Assembly: GCA_965153355.1 (NCBI GenBank)
Contig: OZ231126.1
Coordinates: 1,984,001 to 2,048,000, forward strand
Length of the DNA stretch: 64,000 nt
Reading direction: 5' to 3'
Origin: Flaccisagitta enflata
Lineage: Eukaryota
The notes beneath the pieces were generated by a model. That model worked only from the letters and a program-made list of their open reading frames with translations, was not told the DNA's origin and did no database searches. The first letter of the stretch is position 1; each line of letters starts with the position of its first letter. A program made the position numbers and the translations under genes. Below, in pieces: positions 42,098 through 55,942 of this stretch.

Positions 42098-43425
42098 TTT
42101 TTAGTCGCGTGCACGCGACTCTACAACCCACTCTGTCCGTCTGTCGGACCGTCTGTCACGCTCAGCTTGTGTTAGCTTTTTTCGTTGTTTTACATTATTT
42201 TAAGTCATTATAAGTTATTTTGAGACAAATTACATTTCTTTTACAGTCTTTTGGTCTTTCAGACTTTTAGTCTTTTAGTCTTTTAGTCTTTTGGTCTTAT
42301 GGTCGTAACAACCGCACGCGACTGTAAGGTGTTGGCCTTGTTTTTATATTTTGAAGATTACTCAAAAGCGCTCGGGGAATGATTTTATTTTTGCTAGTTA
42401 CAGGGTGTTTAATCTCAAAGTGGAAAAAGTAAAAAGCTTACATTTTTAAACGCACGAAGTCAGGGACTTTGAACCATTTTTAGTCGCGTGCACGCAACTC
42501 TACAACCTGCTCTGTCCATCGGTCCATCGGTCCATCCGTTTGTCCATCACGCTTAGTTTTTTCTTTGTCGTTTTACGTAATTCTAAGTCATTTAAGTCGT
42601 TTTAAGTTATTTAAAGTCATTTTAGTCAATTTACATCTAGACTTTTAATCTTTTGGTCTTTTAGTCTTATGGTCTGAACAACCGCACGCGATTGTAAGGT
42701 GTTGGCCTTGTTCTCTTGTAGTTTTGTATTGGACGTTTTTTGTGTACAAATTTCGTTAGTCTAGCTTAACAACATCAATTTGAAGTAAGACAAGTATCTA
42801 CAGTTGAAACTCAATAACTTATTTTTAGATGCGTCCGTCAGGAACGCATCTCTATAAGAGGGTCTGTCTGTCCATTGGTCCGTCCGTTGGTCCGTCCGTC
42901 CGTCCGTCCGTATGTCTGTTACGCAAGTGCAAAAACCGCGTTTCTCAGCTGTTCTTGGCCACGGTGAGATCCTACACGGAAACAAATGATCAACCAATCA
43001 ACATGTTCGCCTATCTGTCTATCCAAATATGTCACATGATCAATACACGCAGAGACACAGCCTGGACGCATCGTTGCCCGGTCGGGCTTGTTCTATCAAC
43101 AATGTTTTAAAATATCCTGCCTTTAGTTCTCAAAAGTCTTGATGCGGTGCCAGATTGGTGTCAGATGCAAACATTTTCAAATTCTGTTTTATTTGAGACT
43201 AATCTGGCATTTGTAGCCCAAACCGTTTGGGAATTATAGCATTTTCAAGAACAAGGCCGGATACACGGCCACCAGTTGCGGACTGGTGGGCAGGGGCGGA
43301 AATACGCGTTTTCCCACTTTTCAACTCGAGCGTGACGGACCAACCGACCAACCGACCAACCAACCGACCAACCGACCAACCGACGGACAAAGCCTCTTAT
43401 AGAGTTGCGTGTCCGCAACTAAAAA
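42098..43425. mobile_element. Cluster of HINE copies (42098-42342, 42477-42712, 42821-43092 plus; 43249-43425 minus); further copies at 11196-11357, 19980-20184, 39213-39409, 40299-40454, 45626-45745, 45875-46027, 49237-49449, 53531-53787
   Basis: Same HINE architecture in every copy. Confidence 0.7.
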
Positions 43426-46400
43426 CTATATGAAAATTTTTTAAGCCCAAACTTTACCTACTTATTTTATTTAAAATTGACGTTGTGGACAAACTATTAA
43501 GGCTAGACGAATGAAATTTTCATACAAACAAGGCCAAGTAGGCCAATAGGTGCGACCTGTGGATTGTCGAACGAATGCGATACGACAGCAAGCAAGCTTG
43601 TAAAACGCTTGCCATTCATTGGGGGTCAAAATTCAACTTCTTTTTGACCAAGATCTGGCTTTTTCTAGTTGTTATATATGTTATTACAAGTAATACAGCG
43701 AAAAATTTGATACGAATTTGTACCTCAAACAAAAGTTATTGACGTTTTTTGAAAAAAAAAATGAAAAAAAATCTCGCTTCCTTCCATTCTTTTGACATCG
43801 ACAACACAAGGAGTTTTGTCTGTCCGTTCATCCATTTGCCCGTCTGTCTACACTCTTTTTTTTTTATAAGAACCTAGTTTATAAGAACGTCAAGGCTTCG
43901 AAAGGCCCCAAAATTATGAACATCTTAAGAACATACGAAGGCTTCAAATCTTTAGAAAAAAAGTTTGCCCGTAATGATATTTAAAGAATACTAAAAAAAA
44001 CACTTGAATTTTAGTATAATTAAGATGATATTTTATAATTTCTAAATAGATATCATGAAAGTATCCATTGACTTTAATGATTTACATTTGTTTTAACAGT
44101 ATTTGATCGAAATATATCTAGCATAATTGAGTAATAGTATATTGTAAGGTTTCCTATAGTTTATATAGTATAGTTTATATAGTATAGTTTATATCGTAAT
44201 TAAGAACGCTCTAAGAATGTTGAAGGCTTTATATGGCCTTGAAAATAAGAACATGAAGCCTTCGAAAAAAAAAGACGTTCTTATAAAAAAAAGAGTGTAT
44301 GCGTCCGTCAATGGGTCCGTCCATGTGTCCGTCCATACGTCCTTCCCTCAGTCCATTCATCTGTTTGAATTTTCAGAACCCACGAGTCCAAAAGTGCGAA
44401 AAGACGTGTGTGTGTGTGTGTGTGTGTGTGTTCGTGTGTGTGTGTGTGTGTGTGAACCGTACGTGGATAACTTGTTAGTTCTAGCTCTGCGTAAATTTAT
44501 CTTGTTTCATTTATACTTCTTTATTTCTTTTTCTCTGCCGCTATCCTGCTTCCTCACTCCAATTCCCAATCAAGCAAAGCAGGGCAAAGGGTAGCTCAAT
44601 CATGAGAACTAAGCCCCAGTCTCAAGGACCAAATCCCAGTCTTGAATGTAAATCCAAGCTTTAATGCCCAATTCATGGCAAAATTGCGGCTCAAATCACA
44701 GCCTTGAGGTTCAAATTCCAGCCATAGAACTCACCCCAGCCTCAAATCCCAGTATTTTCGCTTGAATCCTAGCCTCAAGGCTCAATTCTAAGCCTGGAGG
44801 CTAAAGTCTTAGCATTGGGACTGAAATCCAAGCCTAGAGCCTCCCAACTTACCAAGCATAGGTGATCCGGCTCTTCGGGACCGCTGCCCCTCTCACAGTC
44901 ACACATCCACAGAGTTATATATTCTTTTTGGGCAGCGGCCCCGGAGGGGCCGATGACCTATGATTCCACATAGGGCAATTTTCTCCGTTTTCCGTTTTCC
45001 GTACGTACACCCCCCCCTCCCCCAAGCCTCAAATAAAGCCTTTCAGACCCTAAATCAGGCCCCCCCAGACTCCAGATCAGGCTTTTCAGACCCCAATTTT
45101 GGCCTCTCAGACACAAATCAGGCCTCAGACCCCAAATCAGGCTTCTCAGACCCCAAATTAGACCCCTCAGACCCAAATCAGGCCTGTCAGACCCCAAACC
45201 ACGCCTCTCAGACCCAAAATCAGACCTTTCAGACCCAAGATCAGGCCTCTCAGCCCTTTAAACCAGCTTCTCAAACCGGAGAAAATTGTCCTACGTGGAA
45301 TCATAGGTCATCGGCTCCTCCGGGGCCGCTGCCCCTCTCATAATATAAATCCCACACACACTAACTTAGGGGCATCAGGTACCGCTGACCATGTAACGCT
45401 TTTGCGACTATTCTTCTATAAGGGCATCAGGTACCGCTGACCATCGAACGCTTTTGCGACTTTTTCCTTTGCCTAGATGCTTTTAAATTGATCGAGAACC
45501 ATAGTTAGGGTGACTATGAAGTTTCTGTATAAATGTATGGCAGAGACAAAATTTACGAAATAGAGATATTGGTTCCAATACAAATTAAATACAAATTAAA
45601 TACTCGCCCAGACGATGGCTCCCAAAAACAAGGCCAAGAAGGCCAATAGGTGCGACGGTGTGGATCATCGAACGAATGTGTTACCGACCAACCGACCAAC
45701 CAACGGACACAGCCAGTTATAGAGGTGCTTTGTCGCACCTAAAAATGAAGGTTGCGCCATGGCTCGGGGCATGGTAACGCCAAACTTCACGATTTAGCGA
45801 CATTTTTCTTTCTTTTTGTTTCTTTTCCGCTTTTCCACTCTTTGAACCTGTTTTTACTCGCCATTGTGTCTGTGTTTTTAATCGCGGACACGCGACTCTA
45901 CACCTTGCCGTGTCGGTAGGTTGGTCGCGCGGTCGGTCGTTTGGTCAGTCAGTCGGTCGGTCAGTTTTTGCATTTCTGCTCCTGCCCAACCGTCCGGGAC
46001 CACATTACCATGTATCGGGCCTTGTTTTTTTTCGCTTCTTGTTTCCTCCTTTCTTTCCTATCTTTCTTTTAAACATCACTACCCGTTTCTTGATCATTTT
46101 TCTCGTGAAGAATTGACGAAATTTACTGCCTATCTTTCCTCCTTCTGGGTAGCGACTCCGAAAGGTCTGATGCTTTCTTATAGAGTTGTACCCCGCTCTA
46201 ACGGACCCGCTTTTAAGGGAATTCCGCCTTAAACTGATATCAATTCTTGTCCTCTCAACCAGTTTTCTTTTTATTCTTATACTGGCTACAACAGAATTTT
46301 GCCTATAATCAATAAAATTTGTTAGTCTCTTGAAATCTGTTAGAGCGGGATTCCACTTTATAGGGAAATATGTCCTCCTCCCTCTTGATTCCCCTCAGAC

Positions 46401-46435
46401 TCAAATCCTAGCCTTTTTTCCGTCCATTTTTCCAT

Positions 46436-46515
<80 letters not shown>

Positions 46516-46613
46516 GCTTGAACAGAGGAATCAGAAACCCCGTCATACTGAGTAACGCATTTTGATTGAAAGGTGCTCACAACGGTAAGAAGTTTAAAAC
46601 ATGCAATGAAACC

Positions 46614-46710
<97 letters not shown>

Positions 46711-47878
46711 AAACTCGGGCTTCAAGTTTTATTTACATCTTTTTTTTTCTTAGGAAACCCTAATTTGTATACTAATGTTAGTCAAAATCTGTGGAGCAGT
46801 ATCTAGATTTTCAACTGAGAAGTAAAATCCATCATTTTGGGCTTCAACTTGGAGTAATAACTAAGTATCTGAAGGTTCTATAACCGTAGGCATCAGTTGT
46901 TTGCTGTAAATGAATTCTTGAGCAAAAAAATTGGCACTACTAGTGTTACCGTAAATTCTAAATTCGTATAGAAAATGAAAAAATGAAAAAATGAAGAACA
47001 TCCGACTCGAGCAAAATACCATATCAAGGATCGGATGTTCTTGGAAATACGAATTTCTTTTACGTAAAACCGTAATAAAATTTACGCCGGAGAAAATGTT
47101 TTTTTCAAAAGTTGTATTTTTCTCGTTTTTGAATGAACAAATTGGTAAAAACCCCACTTTTAATGAATCGATTTGGATAAAATTTGACATGCACACTGTT
47201 GGGTGAGTCCCCCAACTACAGTAAAAATTTCACGGAGCTGCGTCAAAAGGAAGATCGATTTTTAGGGTACCAAAGTATACTACTCACATTATTTAGTTAT
47301 TGATTATCAACTGACAGTGGACAAGAATTTTTTTGATAGGGGCATAAGATATCAATATGAAAGCTTGCAAAAATTATTTTTTTGTAATTAAGAAGTATAT
47401 GAACGGATATTTTCTGTGGAATTGATATGAATAATAACACTTTGGCGGTAGTATTCAATCAATGAAGATGTGTGAAATTTCTCAGCTGAATTTTGATGTT
47501 TACTCGAATTTCCTCTCTCTTTTAGTATTTCACCGTGGTTAAAACGCTGCCAAGTGGCTGTTTTTCTGACAATGACTGATGTGGGGGTAGTGTAGGAGCC
47601 GATGGATTTGTTACTGGGTCAAAAATGTCAATTTCGAAGCGCCATTAGGGTGTCAAGGAGCTTGAATAAAATGCGGTATATTTGGGTTCTTCATGTCATA
47701 CAGACCAACCAACCAACCGACAGACCAACCGACGGACACAGCCAGTTATAGAGGTGCTTTGTCGCACCTAAAAATGTCAAACATGATACTACAAGAGAAC
47801 AATGATTTGAATTTACTGACTGGTTGCGTTTAGGAAAATAAGCTTTTTACTTTTCCCACTTTGAGATTGAACACGGGG
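42401..47878. mobile_element. Tc1/mariner-like element swollen by nested insertions
   Basis: TIR cagggtgtttaatctcaaagtggaaaaagtaaaa / ttttacttttcccactttgagattgaacacgggg, TA TSD, empty site in the paralog near 24242. Confidence 0.75.
43851..44297. mobile_element. Tc1/mariner-type MITE
   Basis: cactcttttttttttataagaac / gttcttataaaaaaaagagtg, TA flanks. Confidence 0.75.
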
Positions 47879-50800
47879 TATATGTCATTGCACTCCAGTA
47901 TTACACAAAACTCCGGAAAACCTCACTGTTATATGACTTTTCATTCGGAATAGTTTTAAAAGCAGAGTAGCGAACCAGTGGCATTCTATAACAAGTGCCA
48001 CACAAGTGCTACGCTTGTGAAGGAATTGGGTCTTATTTTTTCCCAAAGCTCCTCAAACGTCGGTCTACCCAACGCACTCTGAACAGCGGAGACCCTCTCA
48101 TTAGGGCGGTTGGGAATTTGGTCAAATTTTATATATTGAAATACCCAAGCCCTTTCCACTAAATATCTATAAAAAGAAGGATTTCTCACAATCTGGAGTG
48201 TGATATCTTGTCGACAACACCATAGGCTTACTTTGGGGATTATTTCATTGCCATAGGAAACCTGTAGTGTTGCCGACAAGGTTTAATCTTTAAATCCAGA
48301 CCTAAGCTTGTGAGAAAACTTTTAATATGGTATGACAGCGTGCCCACGAAGCCAACATTTAGGGTATCAAAATGAGTCAAAATAGAAGACATACATGGAT
48401 GAAAATAGAAAAACAAGTAAATAAAAGTGATTTAGATAAGACATGCATGGTATCTGAAAGCAAAATTTGCATCCCTTTAGCAAGGGACTCAGATTTAGCT
48501 TATAAAACTGAAGAAGATTTACTGAAAATTTCTACAAATTTCTTTTTTGTCACTGACAAGGGGTTGGTCGAAATTATAAGTTTGCATAGAAAATGAAAAA
48601 ATGAAAAATCAAAGAACATAGTTCTCTTCCCAAATCGTTTTTAGAGAGAACTATGTTTTTGAAAATGCAAAATTCTTCTGGGTGTGGCTTGCTTATAATT
48701 TCGACCTCAGAAAAAAGAAAAAAATGTCAACAAGATTTCATAAAAAATCTTCATTTTCTTGCCATTTTCCATAAGAATTGCTCATCAAAAGGCAACTTAA
48801 AGCGTAGAATATGAAACAGTCATATATATCAGGTTTATCCAGTGACAACTTGAGCAATGAATACATTTGTGGAAGGATAATCAGTGTATTATTGATGCAA
48901 AAGTGGGGTGAAGCACTTCATTTTTCCCTGGCAGATTTGACGTCGTATATTGAAGCAATAAACTAGAGTATATCATTTTTTGAAATTAGACCCCCAACCC
49001 CGACCACCCTACCTCTCATGGAGTAAGTAGCCAATGTTCAAAACGTGCTGTTGTAAGCCACACAAAGCTGACAGCAATTGTCACAATTTGAGACACGTTC
49101 CGACCGACTAACTAAAATGTGGTTTATCAAGACGCGTATCCCGTGACTAAAATCTGACTAAATTCGGTTATCGGGAAACAAGGCCAAGTGAAGGCCAATA
49201 AGTGCGCCTCGCTTGATTAAGTATTTGTGAATGAACGTTTTTAGTCGCGTGCTACGCGACTCTACACCCCGCTTTGTCGGTCCGTCCGTCGGTCCGTCCG
49301 TCCGTCGGTCCGTCGGTCCGTCCGTCACACTTTACTTTTTCGGTGTTAATGGGGGTTTTGTCCTTATTGCTCCTGCCCAAATGTTCCACTGGCCTCAATT
49401 ATGGCCCCTGCCCACCCGCGACTGGGGTAGCCGTGTATCCGGCCTTGTTGATGAATGAATGAATGAATGAACGAAGGAATGAATGAAAATGAATGTGATG
49501 AGGCATGAAAAGTGATAGGAATGAAGAAACTTGTCAGAATCAGCCGTTTTGCGCGTTTCAAACGTTTGCGTGACCGACCAACCGACCAACTGACCAACGG
49601 ACATGACCTCTTATAGAAGTACGAGGACGCACTTAAAAAGTCGAAGTCAGTCTTCAACTTTTTGACATATTGGAGAGAAACATGTTTTCATTTTCTTATG
49701 AGGAAGTTTCAGAACTAAATCAACCGATAGATAAAAGCCCTCTGATGAAATTGATAGGGTAAGTAAATTCTATAATTTTCTTTCATTTGGCCCTATGCAG
49801 AATGCTCTATGACAAATATTGTTCGCTTTATTATTTTTTAAAGATTTATTTACGCAATACTTAAATAAAATTTTTTCAATTTACTTTGATTTTTAGTAGT
49901 ATCAATAAAAGAGTGTATTTATATTTGTTTGAGGATACAAATACAAGAAAACATATTTTTGAGCATAGCTGCTCATCTGTGAGGGTTTTTTAGAGCATTT
50001 TAGCTCATTTAGCTCATTTAGCTCAGTCTTTATCTTAAATGCAATTAATGAATAAATATTTTGATATATGTTTAGGCAAGAAGATACAATAAAGCATATC
50101 AGTGAGCAGAGGTACAAGTCTGTGAGGGTGTTTTTAAATTTTCTAGCTTATCTAGCTCATTTAGTTCAGTTTTTTTTCTTCTGATTTTCAAAAGGATGAA
50201 TAAAAAGATATTTTAAGCATGCAAATACAAGAAAGTTTATCAGTGACTATAGCTTGTTGTCTGCTTGAGTGATTTTGAGTATTTTAGCTCAATTAGCTCA
50301 TTTGGCTCAGTCTTTTTTTTTCTGATTTTCAGTGCAATCAATACATACAATTGCTCTTGATTTGTTCTGACAAGTAAAATAATTTGCAGTTATTGAAAAG
50401 AAAAGCCTGATGAAAAATTCTGAAGACTTTTCTCCCCACGGCGACAGCCGCTATTACTGGTAGTAACAGAAGGAAATCTGGCAGGAAAGATCGTTATTGA
50501 ACTGTAATTGACAATTCATCGCTGCTCTGGCTTGCAAACAAGAAGAAAAGATATGCATCATGTTTCATAAATCTCTTTAATAGAAATCAATGTTTGCAAC
50601 ATGTTCACTCATGAAATCAAATCACTCATAAATCTTTTTGATGACAATTACTCCTTAGAGAAATGAAATTACTTGCTATAATGGCCGATTATGATAAGCG
50701 GTCAAAATTTTGGGATTCACCAGATTATCAAAATAATTACCGAAATACTGCATGGAATTCAATCCTGATAGAAATCAATAACAAGTCTTGGAAAATCTTT

Positions 50801-52095
50801 GTAGCCAGATGCACGACAGTTGGACAACATCACCACTCATCTCCTTTGGATCCACAAAAACTATCCCGTTCAATTAAAAAACAAAACTTTCACCTCTCTG
50901 ACAGTGTTTTAAAGAAAGCTTATAAAAAAGTATCAATATTTTAGTATATCAGTAAGTGAAAAAGCCCAAAAGTTGTTGCTGTTATCAAATTATGCCACAA
51001 ACCACTTTAAACCCAGATCCTTTTAGTTGCGTGCTACACGACTCTACACCCCCTTTGTCTGTCCATCGGTTGGTCGGTTGGTGTCATTTTACTTTTTTTA
51101 TTTGTTTTATTCCTACTAACTCATTTTAAGTCAATTTGGTCATTTAAAGTCAAATGATATCATTTTAGGTCATTTGAGTAAATTAAATCATTTTACTTAC
51201 TTTCGTCATTTTATAGAATTTGGGTCAATCTAAGTCACTTTAGGTCAGTTGAATTCAATTTAAGTCATTCTAGGTCAATTTAAGTCAGTTTAAGTCATTT
51301 TAACTCATTTTATTCACTTAAGTCATTTTAGCATTTAAGGTCAATATAAGTCAGTTTAGGTCATTTCAAGTCAGTTTAGGTTATTTTAAGTCAGTTTAGG
51401 TCATTTCAAGTCAGTTCAGGTCATTTTAAGTCAGTTTAGGTCATTTTAAGTCATTCTAGGTCATTTCAAATCATATTTAGTCATATTATGTCAATTAGAT
51501 TCAATGAAAGTCTTTTAGTTATGTGGTTATGTAATTAATTATGTAAGTCTTGCACGCGACCTATAGGTGTTGGCTTTGTTCAAGATGATCAATGCCGGAT
51601 ACACGGCTACCCCAGTCGCGTGCGGGTAGGCAGGGGCCATATTTGAGGTCAGCCGAGCAATTGGGCAGGAGCAGTAAGGCCAAACTAGTCATCCAAGGAT
51701 CGCACATGGTCAGCAGTACCCGATGCCATGCTGGGGGTGATTCAGTGAAGTAGTGGAGTCAGACCGGGGCAGCGGCTCCAAAGGGCCGATGTCCTGTAGA
51801 ACACAGGGGAGAATTTCCAGACGTCCTGAGGGGGGTTTATTTCAGGCCTTAGATGACTGATTCAGGCCACTGAAGGCATATTTGAAGGCTGGAGGGCAGA
51901 ATTAAGGATTAGAGAGTAGATTTGAGTTTTGGAGGGCTAATTTGATGCTTGGAGGGGTAATTTGATGCTTGGAGGGCTAATTGAAGGTCTGGAGGGTATA
52001 TCTGAGGTCTTGAGGTCAAGTTTGAGGCGGGGGGGGGGCTTGTTTGAAGCCTGGAAGGCTGATTTGAGGCCTCAAAGGCTAAATTGAGGGCTGAG

Positions 52096-52654
52096 CAGGC
52101 CTGGGCTATATGGCATTTTTGTTAACTATACAAAACCAATACAATACTTTTAAGTATTGTGACAATTCAATACAATACAATACAATATCCATTAAAATTT
52201 TATATAATACATTACCATAGCCTACAATACAATAGAAAATCTATATAATTATATATAGTTGAAATAAGTATTAAGTAGTAATATGTATTGGAAATAATTT
52301 TAGTTAGATAATGTACTAATATCTTGAAGAAAAAAACATGATATTTTTGATTATCCTAAATTTATTTTGTTAGACAAGAAAATCTGAAACACTTTCTTAT
52401 TTTGTTTTTATTCTTTGTTATTCTCTCTTTACCCTTTGTGTTTTCTTTTTCTTTTTTCTTTTTTTTTTTTTTTTTTTTTGCTACATTTATTTCTGTGATC
52501 TGATTCTTTGCTACAATCATCTATTTCATCTGTTTTTTTTTTCTTTATTTTCTTTTGTTAGTTTGTTTGTTGGTGTTTTTGTTCATTATCCTTTACTCTC
52601 TCCATATCTATTTTTTTTTCTCTCTCTCTTTCCTTCTTTCTTTCTTTCTTTCTT

Positions 52655-52709
<55 letters not shown>

Positions 52710-53145
52710 TTCTCTTTTTCCTGTAGATTTTTGTTCTTCTTCCTCTTCTTACTCTTTATCCTCCCAGCTTCTAGCCACTGATTGTCACTTTCATATATTA
52801 TTATTTTTCTTCTTCCTCTTTGTCTATATTCCCAACTTACTTAATCTCTGATAAGTTTTTCTTTCTCTTCCTCTTCATCCCTCGCCAACTTTTTTTTTCA
52901 GCAAATCTCCCTCTTCTTCTTTTATCTCTCACTTTCTCCACTTCTTTTGTTCTCCCTCAAACCTGTAAATGTTTTTCCTCTTCATCTCATTCAGTCTTTC
53001 TCTTTCATATTTCACTCTCCTAAGATCAGATTTTTGCCATATCGTATTGTATTATTTTTTTTGGAAAAATTTAAAAAAAAACTGCATGTATTGGGAAAAC
53101 CCAATACACAAGAATATTGTAAACCCAATACCAATACCCAGGCCT
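52096..53145. mobile_element. hAT-like element with CAATAC subterminal repeats
   Basis: caggcctggg / cccaggcct termini, repeated caatac. Confidence 0.45.
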
Positions 53146-55942
53146 CGGACCCCAAATTAATCCTTTCAGACCCCAATTCAGGCCTCTAAGACTCCAAATC
53201 AGGCCTTTCAAACCCCAAATCAGGCCAGTCAGACCCTAATTCAGGCCTCTAAGATCCCAAATCAGGCCTTTTAGACCCAAAATTAAACCTTTCAGACCAA
53301 AATCAGGCCATTCGTGAACAGAAAATGGTGACCTAAGGGCCTTCAGATGGAGGAATTTCATTCATGAATAATGCATTATGTATCAAAATTGCATTTTTAA
53401 AAAAATTTTCACTTTTTACAAGTACTGTACTGTACTCGGTCTTAAAGTACTAAGTAGATGTGGCAAATTTTGGAGCTCCCCTATAGGGCATCGGGTACCA
53501 CTGACCATATAACGCTTTCGCGACTATTTCTTTTTTAGCTGCGTCCTCGCATCTCTATATTAGGCTGTGTCCGTTGGTAGGTCGGTTGGTAGGTTTGTTG
53601 GTTGGTGAATTATTCATTAAAGACATCAAAATCGAGCATTTTTTCAACAGAAAAATGGTTCTACCCCAGTAAAAGAAGCATACATCAAGTAATTCATTCA
53701 TTCAATCATTCATTCATTCACAAATGACATTCATTCATAAGAAAACTTTCATTAATAAAAAAACGTTCATTCAAAGAGGATGCATCGTTGGCCTACTTGG
53801 CCTTGTTTTTATTCAATATGCAATCACCAAAAACATGTTGTCCAACTTTATGTGATTAGAACTATTCAAAAATGAAAAACAGATATTGTACTTTATTTTT
53901 GATGAATCCCGAATTTTGGCTTTTCTTGCTGTGACAACCATACCGACCACTCTCTAGCTCATGAAGATATCGACAAAAGGGAGATTGGTAGATTTAACAA
54001 CATAGAATTGATAACAAATTTTTGGAATATATCAAATACTTTGTATTGCATCAAGGAATTCTCCAGGCATTTTAACTTATTCTTTAGTAAGAATGTATGA
54101 TCACTCCCTCCTTGAAAAAAATTTGACAAGAAATCTTCAATTTACCTGAAAAAAAAAACATTGTTACTCATACCATTTTTCAGGGGTGTATATTAGGGTG
54201 GTCATGAAATAGGGTCAAATTTCAAAAAAAGATATACTCTAGTTTTTTGCAACATTGTTAATCATACCATTTTTCAGGGGTGTATATTAGGGTGGTCATG
54301 AAATAGGGTCAAATTTCAAAAAAAGATATACTCTAGTTTTTTGCATAAATGTACCAAAAAAGAAGGTTTTCCCACAAGCAGAGGTCTGAGTTTGAAGATT
54401 AAACCATGTCGGCAAAACAATGGGCTTCCTATGGCAAAAAAAAAAGTCCCCACAGTAAGCCTATGGTTTTGCCGACAAGGTTTTTTGTTTGATTACACAC
54501 CCCAACTTGTGAGAAATCCCTCTTTTATTGGATATTTGTGCCTAAGTATATCAATATATGAAATTTGACCAATTTCCCGACCACCCTAGTGTATATAACT
54601 AAGTCGCTTTTGATTCCCTTTTGATTGGGCCCCCCCCCCCCCCCGCCTTTGATTTTCGTCTTTCCGACACATCGCGTTATGTTTTAGAATCTTTAATTTT
54701 TCTCTCTTTAAAACAATAAAACAGAGCAAAAAAGGTTTAAACAATGTTTTTATCATTTGGTACTGCCATAAGTTTGATTTTCCCCAAATTTTCTTTTTTT
54801 CTCTTTTTTCTTCCTCATCTCAACTCAATAACATACGGGCCTGCCATTTTTCAATCAGGGCATCATTCTAATTTTGCTTGTCCAAAAAAAGTGGCTTAAA
54901 AAGTCATGTAGCACGCGACTAAGATTTTTCTATGAAAAGTAGTCACTAGTCAGTGTGACATGTTAAACTGGGAAAAAATTGTGAATCTGTAAGTCATAAT
55001 CTATTTCATATAGTTGGATTTTAACCGATTATGTAGCTTTACAGCTGGCTGTAATTCAACTATCTTGGAAATAGAAATCCTTACTTGTGGAGGATGAGTT
55101 CATTTATTGACATAAATATGAATGCATATCAATTGAAAATCCATTAACAATTAGGGTGAGCCCCTTTTGATTGAACCACAGCCGTTATTTATCGGGGAAG
55201 CATTTTGTAGAGCGTCTTGAGGAACTCTGGAGTGATGGCGCTCCAGACCATTCTTGCCATTTTCTTGATTCATTTGTTTTGCTACGTTTGACTTAAAGCT
55301 CCAAATAGACTCCACAAATCATAAAAAAATAGGTGACATAAATGAAACCCTTTGAATTTGCAAGCAGTCTACGCAAACCGCATCTGTCTAGCTCAACTCA
55401 TCCAGAAGGTATCTAAAAAAGAGCGAAGTGAAATTGTTTTAAGATTATGTAGAAATGGCGATAGCTAAATCGAAAGATTTCATTCAAAGTTGAAAAACTT
55501 TTGAAGGCATCGCGTCGAGTTAGAAAGATGCAGTTTGCGTAGATCGCTTGCTAATTTGAAGGGCTTTGATTCTGTACCGATTTTTTAAAGATCGGGCGCA
55601 TTTATTCAGCGATATTTGTTAAAACGGGAGTAGAGATTTCTTTTTCCAAGATAGTAACAACCAGTTGTTGTACTCAACATTTTGATTATCACATGTTGGT
55701 TGGATCAAAGTCAACGGAGTGAGTTATCAACCTAGTGTTTTCTTAACTGACAAGGAGGATGCTATTTACAGCTGGGCGGAACCCTTGAAGCTAATGGTCT
55801 AAAATTTGAAATAGATTCAGAATCTCACTAATTTTCATTAAGAGTTCTCATTCTTTTATGAGTTTTTTCTTGTCGATATATTCTTGAGAAAGATGGTGTG
55901 TTTTTGCTTGTCGATATACCTATGGCTATTAGCTAGATAGTA